This document shows, piece by piece, positions 1 to 12,529 of a stretch of 64,000 bases of DNA (positions are counted from its first letter, which is position 1; each line of letters starts with the position of its first letter). A program made the translations under genes and the position numbers. Source of the stretch: Eledone cirrhosa (lineage: Eukaryota); contig OZ024755.1 in NCBI GenBank assembly GCA_964016885.1, forward strand, positions 18,786,001 through 18,850,000, read 5' to 3'. Below the pieces are notes generated by a model that made no database searches, was not told where the DNA came from, and worked only from the letters and a program-made list of their open reading frames with translations.

Positions 1-249
1 TTATATTTATTTATGTTTTTAGAGTAACAAAGGCAGACAGAATTCTATAAACAGGTTCCGGATGGCATACCATTCCTTGTCAATAAGTTTCTCTTAAGCT
101 AGCAGATGTCTATAAAATCAGTGGGGGGTCATTCATGCTCGATAGAATTAAAGAAAAGGGAGATTCTTTAATAGCTAAAGTCATTAACTCCCCACCCTCT
201 CCTACCACTTGTAGAGACCTATAAATACCATATTTATTTTTTGATACCC

Positions 250-300
250 AGATTCCTGATGATTTCTAATGAATGAAACAGTTCTAGTCCTGTAGAATCT
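250..300 (+). ncRNA. Type I hammerhead ribozyme motif (family H1) in a Penelope-like remnant
   Basis: AGATTC-CTGATGA-TTTC/TAAT/GAAT-GAAA-CAG/TTCTAGTC/CTG-TA-GAATCT. Stem I (AGATTC/GAATCT) is perfect, the core is intact, the cleavage triplet is GUA, and (TA)n follows. Confidence 0.8.
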
Positions 301-578
301 CATCTATATTAAAACTATATATATATATATATATATATATTGTCTGGCGACACTGTGAGTGCATAGGTGAAACTCCAGAATAACAAGACTCACTATTTAG
401 CCACAAGAAATGAATATTTATATATATATAGTTTGCTAAATTTTCACCTTAAGATAATAAATAATAAATTATTTCCACACCAGTTCTAATACTTAAATCA
501 AATGTCAGGTTTTAATGTTAAATGTTTTTCTGTTCCCTATTAAACAACCTTTTTATAAGACACATTATGGTCAGAGTT

Positions 579-787
579 TTAACCCTTTAGCATTTAAACC
601 AGCCACATTCGGCCAGAATTCTCTCACCTCTTTCTGTTCAAACTGGCTGTAACTGGCCACTCATACTGACATTAAGGTATTGTTCTTAAAATAAATAGTA
701 TCAAAATCTCATAGATTCGATATTATGTGAGATAATTAGTGAAATAAAGAGTTTACTGTGAAAATACAATAGTATATACAGGGTTAA
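579..787 (+). mobile_element. piggyBac-like MITE (family M1)
   Basis: TTAA-CCCTTTAGCATTTA at the left end and GGG-TTAA at the right end. Internal sequence is shared with about 10 other copies in the window. Confidence 0.75.
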
Positions 788-1140
788 ACTACAATATCAA
801 TTGATGGCTAATAAAATACTGACAGCTACTGATATCTTTATTTTTATTGGTATTTGACATTGGACTGTGGTCATGCCAGGGCTGCTGTTATAAGGCCATT
901 TTCCCTGCTAAAGCAGGAATTAGCCTTATGGAGTCCCAGGATAGGCTTCACCCGCATTATGGAATCCTTTTTCTGGTAAATTTTACAGATGGGTGCCCTT
1001 CCTGGCACCAACTGCATCAGTTGCCATTTCCAACACACAGGGATATGTTTTATTAATTCTGCACTAGATACATACAGTAAAGGGATAAAATGGAAGAGTG
1101 ACTTTTTTGAAAATATAAACTCTATTTTATTATATACTAC

Positions 1141-1268
1141 CGAGGTTAGCTTTACATTTCATCCTTACGAGCTCAATAAAATAAAGTACCAGTAACCTAC
1201 TGGAGTCGATTTAATCCACTTTCCCTTCCATCAAAATTGTTGGCCTTGTGTCTAAATCAGAAACCATT
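1141..1268 (+). mobile_element. SINE family A, 3' fragment (diverged)
   Basis: Matches the CGAGGTTAACTTTGCCTTTCATCCTTACG...AAAATAAAGTACCAG core of the full copies. Confidence 0.65.
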
Positions 1269-1837
1269 ACTTTTTTCTTTTAGTTTTCTCTTAACTATAA
1301 CCTTCACTTCTTTAATTTTTATGTCAGCCCTTCAAGTTGAGGTTGAGGGTTGAGGGTTGGCATATAAATTAAAATAGTAGGGAGGGTTCTAGTTAAACTA
1401 ACCCCACTTTCTCCTAATCTAATGTTTATATTTAAAATAATAAAAAAAAAAAAAAAAAAAAAAAGAGAGATTTCCAACACAATAAGCAGATATGATGTAT
1501 GTATTGCATTGACTGACAGAAGGCTTTCATGGCGGAGGGTGGTGGGGTAGGGGTGGAAAGTGGGGCAAAGGAAACAGTACCCCCCCCCCCCCCCCACACC
1601 TGCCCTGTCACCACATGAAAACAGGAATCTAACTGTATTGCTATTGTAACTGTAAAAATGGGATAAATGCTTCACCAGTCAGACCTTGTTGTTTTTGTTG
1701 TTTAGCTTCTGGTAAGCATGGATCAAGCAGGCCTATGATAAAAAAAGCACTCCAACCAGGACCACACTATAGAGTATTTCTCCTCCTCAGGACTAGATTA
1801 TCTAATATGTCAGTTTATAGGACAAGCAGGTTGTGGT

Positions 1838-2024
1838 TTAACCCTTTAGCATTTAAACCGGCCATATCCAGCCTGAATTCTCTCATCTCTTTCCGTTCAA
1901 ACCGGCTGTAACTGGCCACTCATACTGATGTTAAGGTATTGTTCTCAAAATAAATATCAAAATCTCATAGATTCGATGTTATGTGACAATAGTATATATA
2001 TAGAGTAATGTAAATGTTAAAGGG
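1838..2024 (+). mobile_element. piggyBac-like MITE M1
   Basis: TTAACCCTTTAGCATTTAAACC ... TAAATGTTAAAGGG. Confidence 0.75.
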
Positions 2025-2509
2025 AGATTTGGCTACTATTTCTAGCAGCAGGTCATGAAGAAGAGATTCCACCATAGGCTTGTAAGTGGTATGGTAAGTC
2101 GTATATTGAAGTGAGATGAAAGAAGGTGGGACACCAACCACAATTAATTTTAAAGCAGAATAGGAAGAAATGAGAAAAAAACACCAAAGTTGTCTGCATA
2201 TCAAACCACACTATGACTATTGACTATTGATAATAAAGCTATTGTTTAATAGAGGTCAATATCAATAGACATGTTACTTTAGTCTGATGCTATCTACATA
2301 TAATCAGACTTGCTAATATATCATTTAGACAAGGTGAAGGAAGATTAAGATGAATACATCAATAACTATTGTGTGATCTTGTGTTAGATGAATTTCATAA
2401 TGTAATCTATCACCACTTATCATCATCATCATCATCACCACCACCACATCCTGAGGACAGACAACTCAGTTATCTATGTCTTGATTGCATAATCCATCCA
2501 TTCTTGGAT

Positions 2510-5211
2510 TGGTTTCCATGACTGGATGACCTTCCTAATGCCAACCCCTTTACAGTGTGTAACGGGAACATGGTTTCTATGACAGGATGACCTTCCTAAT
2601 GCCAACCCCTTTACAGTGTGTAATGGGAACATGGTTTCCATGACAGGATGACCTTCCTAATGCCAACCCCTTTACAGTGTGTAATGGGAACATGGTTTCT
2701 ATGACTGGATGACCTTCCTAATGCCAACCCCTTTACAGTGTGTAATGGGAACATGGTTTCTATGGTTGGATGACCTTCCTAATGCCAACCCCTTTACAGT
2801 GTGTAATGGGAACATGGTTTCCATGACTGGATGACCTTCCTAATGCCAGCCCCTTTACAGTGTGTAACGGGAACATGGTTTCCATGACTGGATGACCTTC
2901 CTAATGCCAGCCCCTTTACAGTGTGTAATGGGAACATGGTTTCCATGACTGGATGACCTTCCTAATGCCAGCCCCTTTACAGTGTGTAATGGGAACATGG
3001 TTTCCATGACTGGATGACCTTCCTAATGCCAGCCCCTTTACAGTGTGTAATGGGAACATGGTTTCCATGACTGGATGACCTTCCTAATGCCAGCCCCTTT
3101 ACAGTGTGTAATGGGAACATGGTTTCCATGACTGGATGACCTTCCTAATGCCAACCCCTTTACAGTGTGTAATGGGAACATGGTTTCTATGACTGGATGA
3201 CCTTCCTAATGCCAACCCCTTTACAGTGTGTAATGGGAACATGGTTTCCATGACTGGATGACCTTCCTAATGCCAGCCCCTTTACAGTGTGTAATGGGAA
3301 CATGGTTTCCATGACTGGATGACCTTCCTAATGCCAGCCCCTTTACAGTGTGTAATGGGAACATGGTTTCCATGACTGGATGACCTTCCTAATGCCAGCC
3401 CCTTTACAGTGTGTAATGGGAACATGGTTTCCATGACTGGATGACCTTCCTAATGCCAACCCCTTTACAGTGTGTAATGGGAACATGGTTTCTATGGTTG
3501 GATGACCTTCCTAATGCCAACCCCTTTACAGTGTGTAATGGGAACATGGTTTCTATGACTGGATGACCTTCCTAATGCCAACCCCTTTACAGTGTGTAAT
3601 GGGAACATGGTTTCTATGGTTGGATGACCTTCCTAATGCCAACCCCTTTACAGTGTGTAATGGGAACATGGTTTCCATGACAGGATGACCTTCCTAATGC
3701 CAACCCCTTTACAGTGTGTAATGGGAACATGGTTTCTATGGTTGGATGACCTTCCTAATGCCAACCCCTTTACAGTGTGTAATGGGAACATGGTTTCCAT
3801 GACAGGATGACCTTCCTAATGCCAGCCCCTTTACAGTGTGTAATGGGAACATGGTTTCCATGACTGGATGACCTTCCTAATGCCAACCCCTTTACAGTGT
3901 GTAATGGGAACATGGTTTCTATGGTTGGATGACCTTCCTAATACCAACCCCTTTACAGTGTGTAATGGGAACATGGTTTCTATGGTTGGATGACCTTCCT
4001 AATGCCAACCCCTTTACAGTGTGTAATGGGAACATGGTTTCCATGACTGGATGACCTTCCTAATGCCAACCCCTTTACAGTGTGTAATGGGAACATGGTT
4101 TCCATGACAGGATGACCTTCCTAATGCCAGCCCCTTTACAGTGTGTAATGGGAACATGGTTTCCATGACAGGATGACCTTCCTAATGCCAGCCCCTTTAC
4201 AGTGTGTAATGGGAACATGGTTTCCATGACTGGATGACCTTCCTAATGCCAACCCCTTTACAGTGTGTAATGGGAACATGGTTTCCATGACTGGATGACC
4301 TTCCTAATGCCAGCCCCTTTACAGTGTGTAATGGGAACATGGTTTCCATGACTGGATGACCTTCCTAATGCCAACCCCTTTACAGTGTGTAACGGGAACA
4401 TGGTTTCTATGGTTGGATGACCTTCCTAATACCAACCCCTTTACAGTGTGTAATGGGAACATGGTTTCCATGACTGGATGACCTTCCTAATGCCAGCCCC
4501 TTTACAGTGTGTAATGGGAACATGGTTTCTATGGTTGGATGACCTTCCTAATACCAACCCCTTTACAGCGTGTAACGGGAACATGGTTTCCATGACAGGA
4601 TGACCTTCCTAATGCCAACCCCTTTACAGTGTGTAATGGGAACATGGTTTCCATGACAGGATGACCTTCCTAATGCCAACCCCTTTACAGTGTGTAATGG
4701 GAACATGGTTTCCATGACAGGATGACCTTCCTAATGCCAACCCCTTTACAGTGTGTAATGGGAACATGGTTTCCATGACAGGATGACCTTCCTAATGCCA
4801 ACCCCTTTACAGTGTGTAATGGGAACATGGTTTCCATGACAGGATGACCTTCCTAATGCCAGCCCCTTTACAGTGTGTAATGGGAACATGGTTTCCATGA
4901 TTGGATGACCTTCCTAATGCCAGCCCCTTTACAGTGTGTAATGGGAACATGGTTTCTATGACAGGATGACCTTCCTAATGCCAGCCCCTTTACAGTGTGT
5001 AATGGGAACATGGTTTCTATGACAGGATGACCTTCCTAATGCCAACCCCTTTACAGTGTGTAATGGGAACATGGTTTCTATGGTTGGATGACCTTCCTAA
5101 TGCCAACCCCTTTACAGTGTGTAATGGGAACATGGTTTCTATGGTTGGATGACCTTCCTAATGCCAGCCCCTTTACAGTGTGTAATGGGAACATGGTTTC
5201 TATGGTTGGAT
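2510..5211. repeat. 61-bp minisatellite, about 44 copies, SINE-derived
   Basis: Unit TGGTTTCCATGACTGGATGACCTTCCTAATGCCAACCCCTTTACAGTGTGTAATGGGAACA; period 61 counted directly. Confidence 0.95.
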
Positions 5212-5474
5212 ACCCATGCTAATGTGGAAAAATAGCCGTTAAACGAAGATGATGATATATATATACCCCTGTGAAAATATAAAACACATTCATTACACAC
5301 CAACACAAGCAGATATTCTGTGAAGTTGACTTCTAAGAGACAAAACCTCACAGATCAAACAACTTTCTACGTTGTTTTGATTATCTGCGATAGCAGAAAA
5401 GAACTATAAATAATACACAAGTTCTTTTCTTTTCTTTTCTTTTCACCTAACAATTAGAAGGGATTTTCTTCATT

Positions 5475-5783
5475 GTCTTCTTCACCCACTTATTCCTGAG
5501 GGTCATGGTGGCAGAGTTCTCAAACATCCCTTCCAGCTGGTCATGTCAGAAGCAACGTCTCCAAGAGATCTGGCTGGATCCCCAAGCGAGACTAGCCAAG
5601 CTCATGGATGTTATCCAACCATCTTGCTCAGGGTCTACCCCTGGGTCTCCTGCCGGTTGGTTTTGTCCGTAAAATCTTTCCAGCGATTCTTTCCTGAGAC
5701 ATTCTAACCACATGTCCATAGTATTGGAACTGTGATGTCTTAATGAGGAGTTCTACCTGGAGTGACTCTCTGATTTCTGAAAG
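5475..5783 (-). mobile_element. Degraded RTE-clade LINE 3' fragment
   Basis: Minus-strand translation SEIRESLQVELLIKTSQFQYYGHVVRMSQERIAGKILRTKPTGRRPRGRP*ARWLDNI contains the RTE C-terminal motifs GHVxRM and GRRPRGRP. Related copy at 56355-56567. Confidence 0.75.
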
Positions 5784-6458
5784 TACCCAGTCCACTCTTT
5801 AATGCGGTCATGTTGGTGACAAAACAAAAGGTACCCAGTCCACTCTGTAAAGTGGTCATGTTGGTGATACAATGAAAAAGTACCCAGTCCAACCTTTCAG
5901 TTGGTCATTTTGGTGCCATGATAAAAAACACTTAGAGGTACTCTTGTTGGCTTATAGGAGTAAATAGAATGAGGGTATTTGCAGGATTATGGAAGGCAGG
6001 CTATTGTGTTCATGGAATTAGAAGAGTTAGAAGTTACTTGGGAGCTAGCACACACAAAATACACACACAAATACACACACAAACTACTCACATTTACACA
6101 CACACAAACACATAGATATACATAACTATATATATACATACAAACAGAAATACACACACAAATACAGTATCATTAAAGGCTAAAGGAAATGTTTAACTGC
6201 CTAACGCATTATACAAAATCTAATTTATTAAGCGTGCAAGGACGTAGATTTTATAAGATAATGTTCTTTGTGCAGGGTGTATGTGTATAGTATAATGTTC
6301 TTTGTCTAGGGTGTATATATATATATATATATTATTTTTCTTGTATAAAAAATATAACATTATTCAACTGATGAAAGTCGAAAATTAAATAAACATGTCA
6401 AAGAGGAGAAAATATAACTTAGTTAACCAGAATACAAAGCTATTCAGATAAGATTATT

Positions 6459-6802
6459 GTGATGATGATGATGATGATGATGTGTGTGTATATATATATA
6501 TATATATATACATACATACACACAGTTGTATATATATATACATACATACACACACACACACAGACATATATATATACATACATACATACACACAGACATA
6601 TATATATATATATATATATACATACATATACACATATATACATACATACACATACACATATATACATACATACACACATATATATATATATACACATATA
6701 TATATATATACACACACACTCACACACACATATATATATATATATACATACAAACACATATGCACACTCACATACATACACACACATATATATCATTATC
6801 AT
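6459..6802. repeat. Compound microsatellite (GAT)n/(TA)n/(CA)n
   Basis: Simple repeats visible directly. Confidence 0.9.
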
Positions 6803-7088
6803 CAGATTAAATAAGTTGATAAGCATGTCTATCATTGCATGAAATATATACTAAACAAAATGAAAAAAATAAAGGATAGGTGATGCCTTTCCAGCTGTCC
6901 ATACCAGCTATATCAAGTGATATTTCATAAAAACTGACTTTAATTTGTTTATCTGATGGGTTGGGTAAGAAGAACATGGAATAAAATAAAGGTAATTAGG
7001 GGGGAAAATGCAACAAACAGTAAAGTAAAGCTGATTTATCTACAGTGCAAACATCTAGCTTTTTACTTCAGAATATTCTTTTTCCAGG

Positions 7089-7121
7089 GTGTGTGTGCAT
7101 ATATATGTGTATATGTGTGTG

Positions 7122-7179
<58 letters not shown>

Positions 7180-7491
7180 TATATGCATATACATATACAT
7201 ATATATATGTATATACATATACATATATATATGTATATACATATACACACATATATATGCATATACATATACATATATATATGTATATACATATACATAT
7301 ATATATATGCATATACATATACATATATATATGTATATACATATACACATATATATGTATATACATATACACATATACATATATATATATGCATATACAC
7401 ATATACATATATATATATGCATATACATATATATATATACATATATATATATGTATATGTATATACATATATATATATATATACATATATA
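7089..7491. repeat. Compound (TA)n/(TACA)n microsatellite
   Basis: Simple repeats visible directly. Confidence 0.9.
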
Positions 7492-7652
7492 TCATCATCA
7501 TCAACGTTTAACGTCCGTGTTCCACGCTTGCATGGGTTTGGACGGGGGTATTCCCACTTGAGGCAAGAGTGATTGTCTTGCTCGCACAGGACAGTCTGGC
7601 AGGTTTTCTACAGTTGGATGCCCTTCCTAACACCAACCACATTTACAGTGTG
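7492..7652 (-). mobile_element. SINE/RTE-type 3' tail (variant C) with (GAT)n end
   Basis: CATCATCA-ACGTTTAACGTCC...GCATGGGTTTGGACGGG...GGATGCCCTTCCTAACACCAACC. Near-identical copies at 14196-14362 and 36214-36460. Confidence 0.7.
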
Positions 7653-7864
7653 GATATATATGTATATATATCCCATTTGATAAAACAACAGTTAAGCATT
7701 CAGATTTAAAGCTTGAATCTGGTTTATTTCTACAACCAGGATAATTGTTTCTACTTTTGGCACAAGGCCAGCAATTACCCCCAGTGCATTACTGGTGCTT
7801 CGGAATTTGAACTCAGAACATAAAGGGCCATAATTCTATTATATCCAGAATAATAGTAATATTA

Positions 7865-7982
7865 TACCCAGCACTCACTGTAAATGAGGTTGGTGTTAGG
7901 AAGGGCATCCAGCTGTAGAAATCAAGCCAGAATCAGTTCCTGCCCCACCCTTGCAAGCAGGGAAAAGGCGGATGTAAAATGA
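7865..7982 (+). mobile_element. SINE family B, 3' part
   Basis: CCCAGCACTCACTGTAAATGAGGTTGGTGTTAGGAAGGGCATCC...CCCTTGCAAGCAGGGAAAA. Confidence 0.75.
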
Positions 7983-7989
7983 AATGAAT

Positions 7990-8268
7990 ACGCAAATGGC
8001 AAGCATAAACGAACTGAGATAGGATCTAGGCATAAGAGGAATCGGATGCAGTGTGTAAGAGAGGAGACTGCATTGATATGGACATGTGATGCATGGCAGC
8101 TGTATAAAAAGGTGCAGAGTGCTCAAAGTCGATGGAAGCCTTGGAGGGAGGAAACCAAGGAAGATTTGGGATGAGGTGATAAAAGCTGACCTTGCCCAAT
8201 TACACTTCTCAAAGGTGATGACGCAGGGCCAAGATCGCTGGTGTTACGCAGTTATACAGAAGATCTGA
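7990..8268 (+). mobile_element. Degraded RTE LINE 3' ORF fragment
   Basis: ...ERRLH*YGHVMH...GRKPRKIWDEVIKADL...DRWCYAV is homologous to the RTE ORF at 18659-19370. Confidence 0.75.
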
Positions 8269-8278
8269 TATGGCAAAA

Positions 8279-9600
8279 GCACCCAGCACACACTGTAAAG
8301 TGGTTGTGTAGGTGTCACAACAGAGCACCCAGTCCACAATGTAAAGTGGTTGTGTAGGTGTCACAACAGAGCACCCAGTCCACACTGTAAAGTGGTTCTG
8401 TAGGTGTCACAACAGAGCACCCAGTCCACACTGAAAAGTGGTCGTGTAGGTGTCACAACAGAGCACCCAGTCCACACTGAAAAGTGGTCGTGTAGGTGTC
8501 ACAACAGAGCACCCAGTCCACACTGTAAAGTGGTTGTGTAGGTGTCACAACAGAGCACCCAGTCCACACTGTAAAGTGGTTCTGTAGGTGTCACAACAGA
8601 GCACCCAGTCCACACTGTAAAGTGGTTCTGTAGGTGTCACAACAGAGCACCCAGTCCACACTGAAAAGTGGTCGTGTAGGTGTCACAACAGAGCACCCAG
8701 TCCACACTGAAAAGTGGTCGTGTAGGTGTCACAACAGAGCACCCAGTCCACACTGTAAAGTGGTTCTGTAGGTGTCACAACAGAGCACCCAGTCCACACT
8801 GTAAAGTGGTTCTGTAGGTGTCACAACAGAGCACCCAGTCCACACTGTAAAGTGGTTGTGTAGGTGTCACAACAGAGCACCCAGTCCACACTGTAAAGTG
8901 GTTCTGTAGGTGTCACAACAGAGCACCCAGTCCACACTGAAAAGTGGTCGTGTAGGTGTCACAACAGAACACCCAGTCCACACTGTAAAGTGGTTCTGTA
9001 GGTGTCACAACAGAGCACCCAGTCCACACTGAAAAGTGGTCGTGTAGGTGTCACAACAGAACACCCAGTCCACACTGAAAAGTGGTTGTGTAGGTGTCAC
9101 AACAGAGCACCCAGTCCACACTGTAAAGTGGTTCTGTAGGTGTCACAACAGAGCACCCAGTCCACACTGTAAAGTGGTTGTGTAGGTGTCACAACAGAGC
9201 ACCCAGTCCACACTGTAAAGTGGTTCTGTAGGTGTCACAACAGAGCACCCAGTCCACACTGAAAAGTGGTCGTGTAGGTGTCACAACAGAACACCCAGTC
9301 CACACTGTAAAGTGGTTGTGTAGGTGTCACAACAGAGCACCCAGTCCACACTGTAAAGTGGTTCTGTAGGTGTCACAACAGAGCACCCAGTCCACACTGT
9401 AAAGTGGTTGTGTAGGTGTCACAACAGAGCACCCAGTCCACACTGTAAAGTGGTTCTGTAGGTGTCACAACAGAGCACCCAGTCCACACTGAAAAGTGGT
9501 TGTGTAGGTGTCACAACAGAGCACCCAGTCCACACTGTAAAGTGGTTCTGTAGGTGTCACAACAGAGCACCCAGTCCACACTGAAAAGTGGTCGTGTAGG
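8279..9600. repeat. 46-bp minisatellite, about 29 copies, derived from a SINE internal module
   Basis: Unit ACCCAGTCCACACTGTAAAGTGGTTGTGTAGGTGTCACAACAGAGC; it runs into a SINE-type tail at 9600-9775. Confidence 0.95.
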
Positions 9601-9775
9601 AGCATACACCATAAATGTGGTTTGCGTTAGGAAAGGCATCCAGCATAGAAACCAAGCCAGAAACAGTTCTGTATGAGCAAGACACGGTCACCTGAACCAA
9701 CTTGCCTCAACTGGGACAACTTGTCTAACCCATGCTAGCATGGAGAAATGGATGTTAAACAGTGATGATGATGAT
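9601..9775 (+). mobile_element. SINE/RTE-type 3' tail (variant C)
   Basis: GTTAGGAAAGGCATCCAG...CCCATGCTAGCATGGAGAAATGGATGTTAAAC-(GAT)n. Confidence 0.7.
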
Positions 9776-10262
9776 ATATGTGTGTGCATATTATATATAA
9801 ATATATATATATATATATGAACAAATAAATGAATCATGGAATAGAAAGATAGTCACTCCTTTTGGACATAGTGAATATGAAGCTGTAAGTTGTTACTTAA
9901 TAGAATATTTCCATCTGCCAACGTTATGACATCTCCCAAAAGAATTTACCCTTGTTCATCTAAATTTAGTTTGAGATAAAAATCAGTAACAACCAAGAAA
10001 AAGGGGTTTACTTTCTAGGGAGGCTTATCTTTTGAGCTATATCTCATTTTGATTTTAATGTAAATAGTTATTTTTTTGCTCCACAAGATGTAGTTACATA
10101 ACATATACCTCTAATGGCGTTGCTTCAGTAAATATTCAACAAAACAGTATCTAGATAGGATTTTAAAACTTTATAATAGAATCTTAAAGACCTTTATTTG
10201 TTCATTTATTTGATCTATTTTTAGAAAGATTGAGTGGATATGTATTTATTGAAAATTCAGCT

Positions 10263-10479
10263 TTAACCCTTTAGCATATATTTACTATTATATTTTCATG
10301 GTAAAGGCTTTATTTTACATAATTATCTCACATAATATCGAATCAATGAGATTTTGATATCATTTATTTTGAGAAAAATACCTTAACATATGTATGAGCA
10401 GCTGGTTACAGCCAGTTTGAAGAGAAAGAGGTGAGAGAATTCTGGCTGGATATGGCAGCTTTAAATGCTAAAGGGTTAA
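10263..10479 (-). mobile_element. piggyBac-like MITE M1
   Basis: TTAACCCTTTAGCAT ... ATGCTAAAGGGTTAA; both TIRs and TTAA present. Confidence 0.8.
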
Positions 10480-11370
10480 CATATTTTTTTTTACTATGAA
10501 AAATAGTCTAACAACTTGGCCCCTGGAAGGATGCTCTCAACCATCACCACCTAGGGGCTTTTATGCCCATAGTAAGAAACATATGTTGAAGCCTCTAAAT
10601 GTTCAACTTTATTCATTTATTTGTAGTGTGTATGTCCCAACACAAATGATCAGTGTAATAGTCAATTACTATAAATAATAGTTGAGAAAATCAGGTACAG
10701 TACCCCTGATAGTCTAAATGGTCTCATTACTGCCAAGGCTTTGAAACCATTGCCAGTTTTGTTGTTTAAAATAATATGCAAAGACACACAGACACACACC
10801 TGGAAAATTTAACATCAAAGCAATGAATTAACCCAGCATTAACTAGCTAAACTGTCTTATATAGTATAGGCATTGCTTCGAAATCATCTAAATTTCTCTC
10901 TTGGCATGTTACATTATTTTAAACCCCCCTCCTCACCAAACAATTATGTGAAATATAACTTAATATAAAACAGATGGTTTTCCTTTAGTGTTCTCCCTAA
11001 ATACAATATTTTTTATTAGTGCAATTTATAAGACAGTCAATTACAACAAGAAGAGTAATAATATTGCCAGAGATATTATTGCAAAATACAAACACATTTA
11101 TGTAAATAGTAACACATGTGGAAAGAGGAATTAAAGAAGTAAATAGCAACACATGTAGGCAGAGGGATTAAGGAATAATCAAAGTAGTTTCCATTCTAAT
11201 TTCCCTTGAGATCTTCACAGTTCTGACAGAAATGGTTATGGTATTATCAAGTCTTACTATTTTTAGAAACATCTCTCTCTATATATATATATATAAATAA
11301 GTCTATACAGGTACATAATAAATAAATCTAAACAGGTATCTATTACAAATAATGCAAGTTTTGAGATTTA

Positions 11371-11593
11371 CACTTTTAGCATTTAAAGGAGCCATATCTG
11401 GCCAGAATTCTCTCACCTCTTTCTATTCAAACCAGCTGTAACTGGTCACTCATACTGATGTGAAGGTATTGTTCTCAAAATAAATATTATCAAAATCTCA
11501 TAGATTCAATATTATGTGAGGTAAAACCTTTACTATGAAAAAAAAAATAATAATAATAGTAAATATAGAGTAATGTAAATGGTAAAGGGTTAA
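11371..11593 (+). mobile_element. piggyBac-like MITE M1
   Basis: M1 internal sequence; right end TAAAGGGTTAA. Confidence 0.7.
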
Positions 11594-11702
11594 AACATGT
11601 TGAGGATGTAATATTTAATCAGATAGATGATTTCTTTAATATAATTAAAAAAAAACATTAGTAATAACGTTGTTAATTTCTATTTGTACATACGAATAAT
11701 AA

Positions 11703-11920
11703 TGGTTTCTACATTTAGCACAAGGCCAGCAATTTGAAGGGAAAGGGAAAGTCGATTAAATCGACCCCAGTGTTTGACTGGTACTTTATATTCTCTGCCC
11801 TTAAGGATGAAAGGCAAAGCTAATCTCGGAGAGATTTGAACTCAGACGGTAATGAAATATAACTATATTGAAAGGAATGTTGTCCGACGCCCTCCCGATT
11901 TTGCCAATTCATCACCGTTT
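11703..11920 (-). mobile_element. SINE family A (older, longer variant)
   Basis: Reverse complement of the family A core and tRNA-like head. Confidence 0.7.
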
Positions 11921-12126
11921 TGTACATACTAATAATAATAATTCTATTAATACAATTATGTAATGAAAACAGTTGTTAATTAGAGAATTAACCGTTCCTG
12001 GAATGATTTGTATAGAAAGGAAAACAAAAAAAAACTAATGAGAAGGAGTTATTTCCCTTATGTTACAAATTCTGCCGAGTTAATAATCAACAATTGTTTC
12101 CCTTTACATAATATTATATGTATACA

Positions 12127-12316
12127 AGGGCGGTGGATTGGCAGTATCGGTAGAGGGTCGGACGCCATGCTTTCCAGCATAGTTACGTCCCTTTGCAATT
12201 CTGAGTTCAAATCCCGTCGAGGTTAACTTTGCCTTTCATCCTTACGGGGTCGATAAAATAAAGTACCAGTAATGCACTGGGTATTTGCTGGCCTTGTGCC
12301 TAAAGTAGAAACAATT
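12127..12316 (+). mobile_element. SINE family A, full length (tRNA-derived head)
   Basis: A-box-like TGGCAGTATCGG, B-box GAGTTCAAATCC, conserved core GCCTTTCATCCTTACGGGGTCGATAAAATAAAGTACC, and 3' end GTAGAAACAATT. Confidence 0.85.
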
Positions 12317-12327
12317 ATATGTATAAA

Positions 12328-12474
12328 CCGTATTTCCCGACGTCGAAGACGCTACTTTTTTCCTAAAATATGTTTCAAAAATCTACCATGCGTCCTGGAG
12401 GCCGAAGGTTTATTTTTTTTTTTCGAATTTTTGGTTATCAAAATTAGGGTGCGTCTTCGGCGCCTAGAAATACG

Positions 12475-12475
<1 letters not shown>
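12328..12475. mobile_element. Tc1/mariner-superfamily (Tc2/pogo-like) MITE
   Basis: Imperfect TIRs of about 25 bp: CCGTATTTCCCGACGTCGAAGACGC / GCGTCTTCGGCGCCTAGAAATACGG. Confidence 0.6.
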
Positions 12476-12515
<40 letters not shown>

Positions 12516-12529
12516 GAGAGAGAGAAGGG

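Noticed and set aside
110-249. Possible Penelope GIY-YIG C-terminus (IELKKREILLIAK) upstream of the first hammerhead
   Set aside because: Too short and degenerate to assign without a database search.
2510-5211. CRISPR-like regular array (also 8279-9600, 15852-17450, 53462-54130)
   Set aside because: The units are contiguous tandem copies with no unique spacers, there are no cas genes, and the context is eukaryotic.
6368-6395. CTGATGA-AAGTC-GAAA hammerhead-like core
   Set aside because: No convincing stem I, II or III pairing around it.
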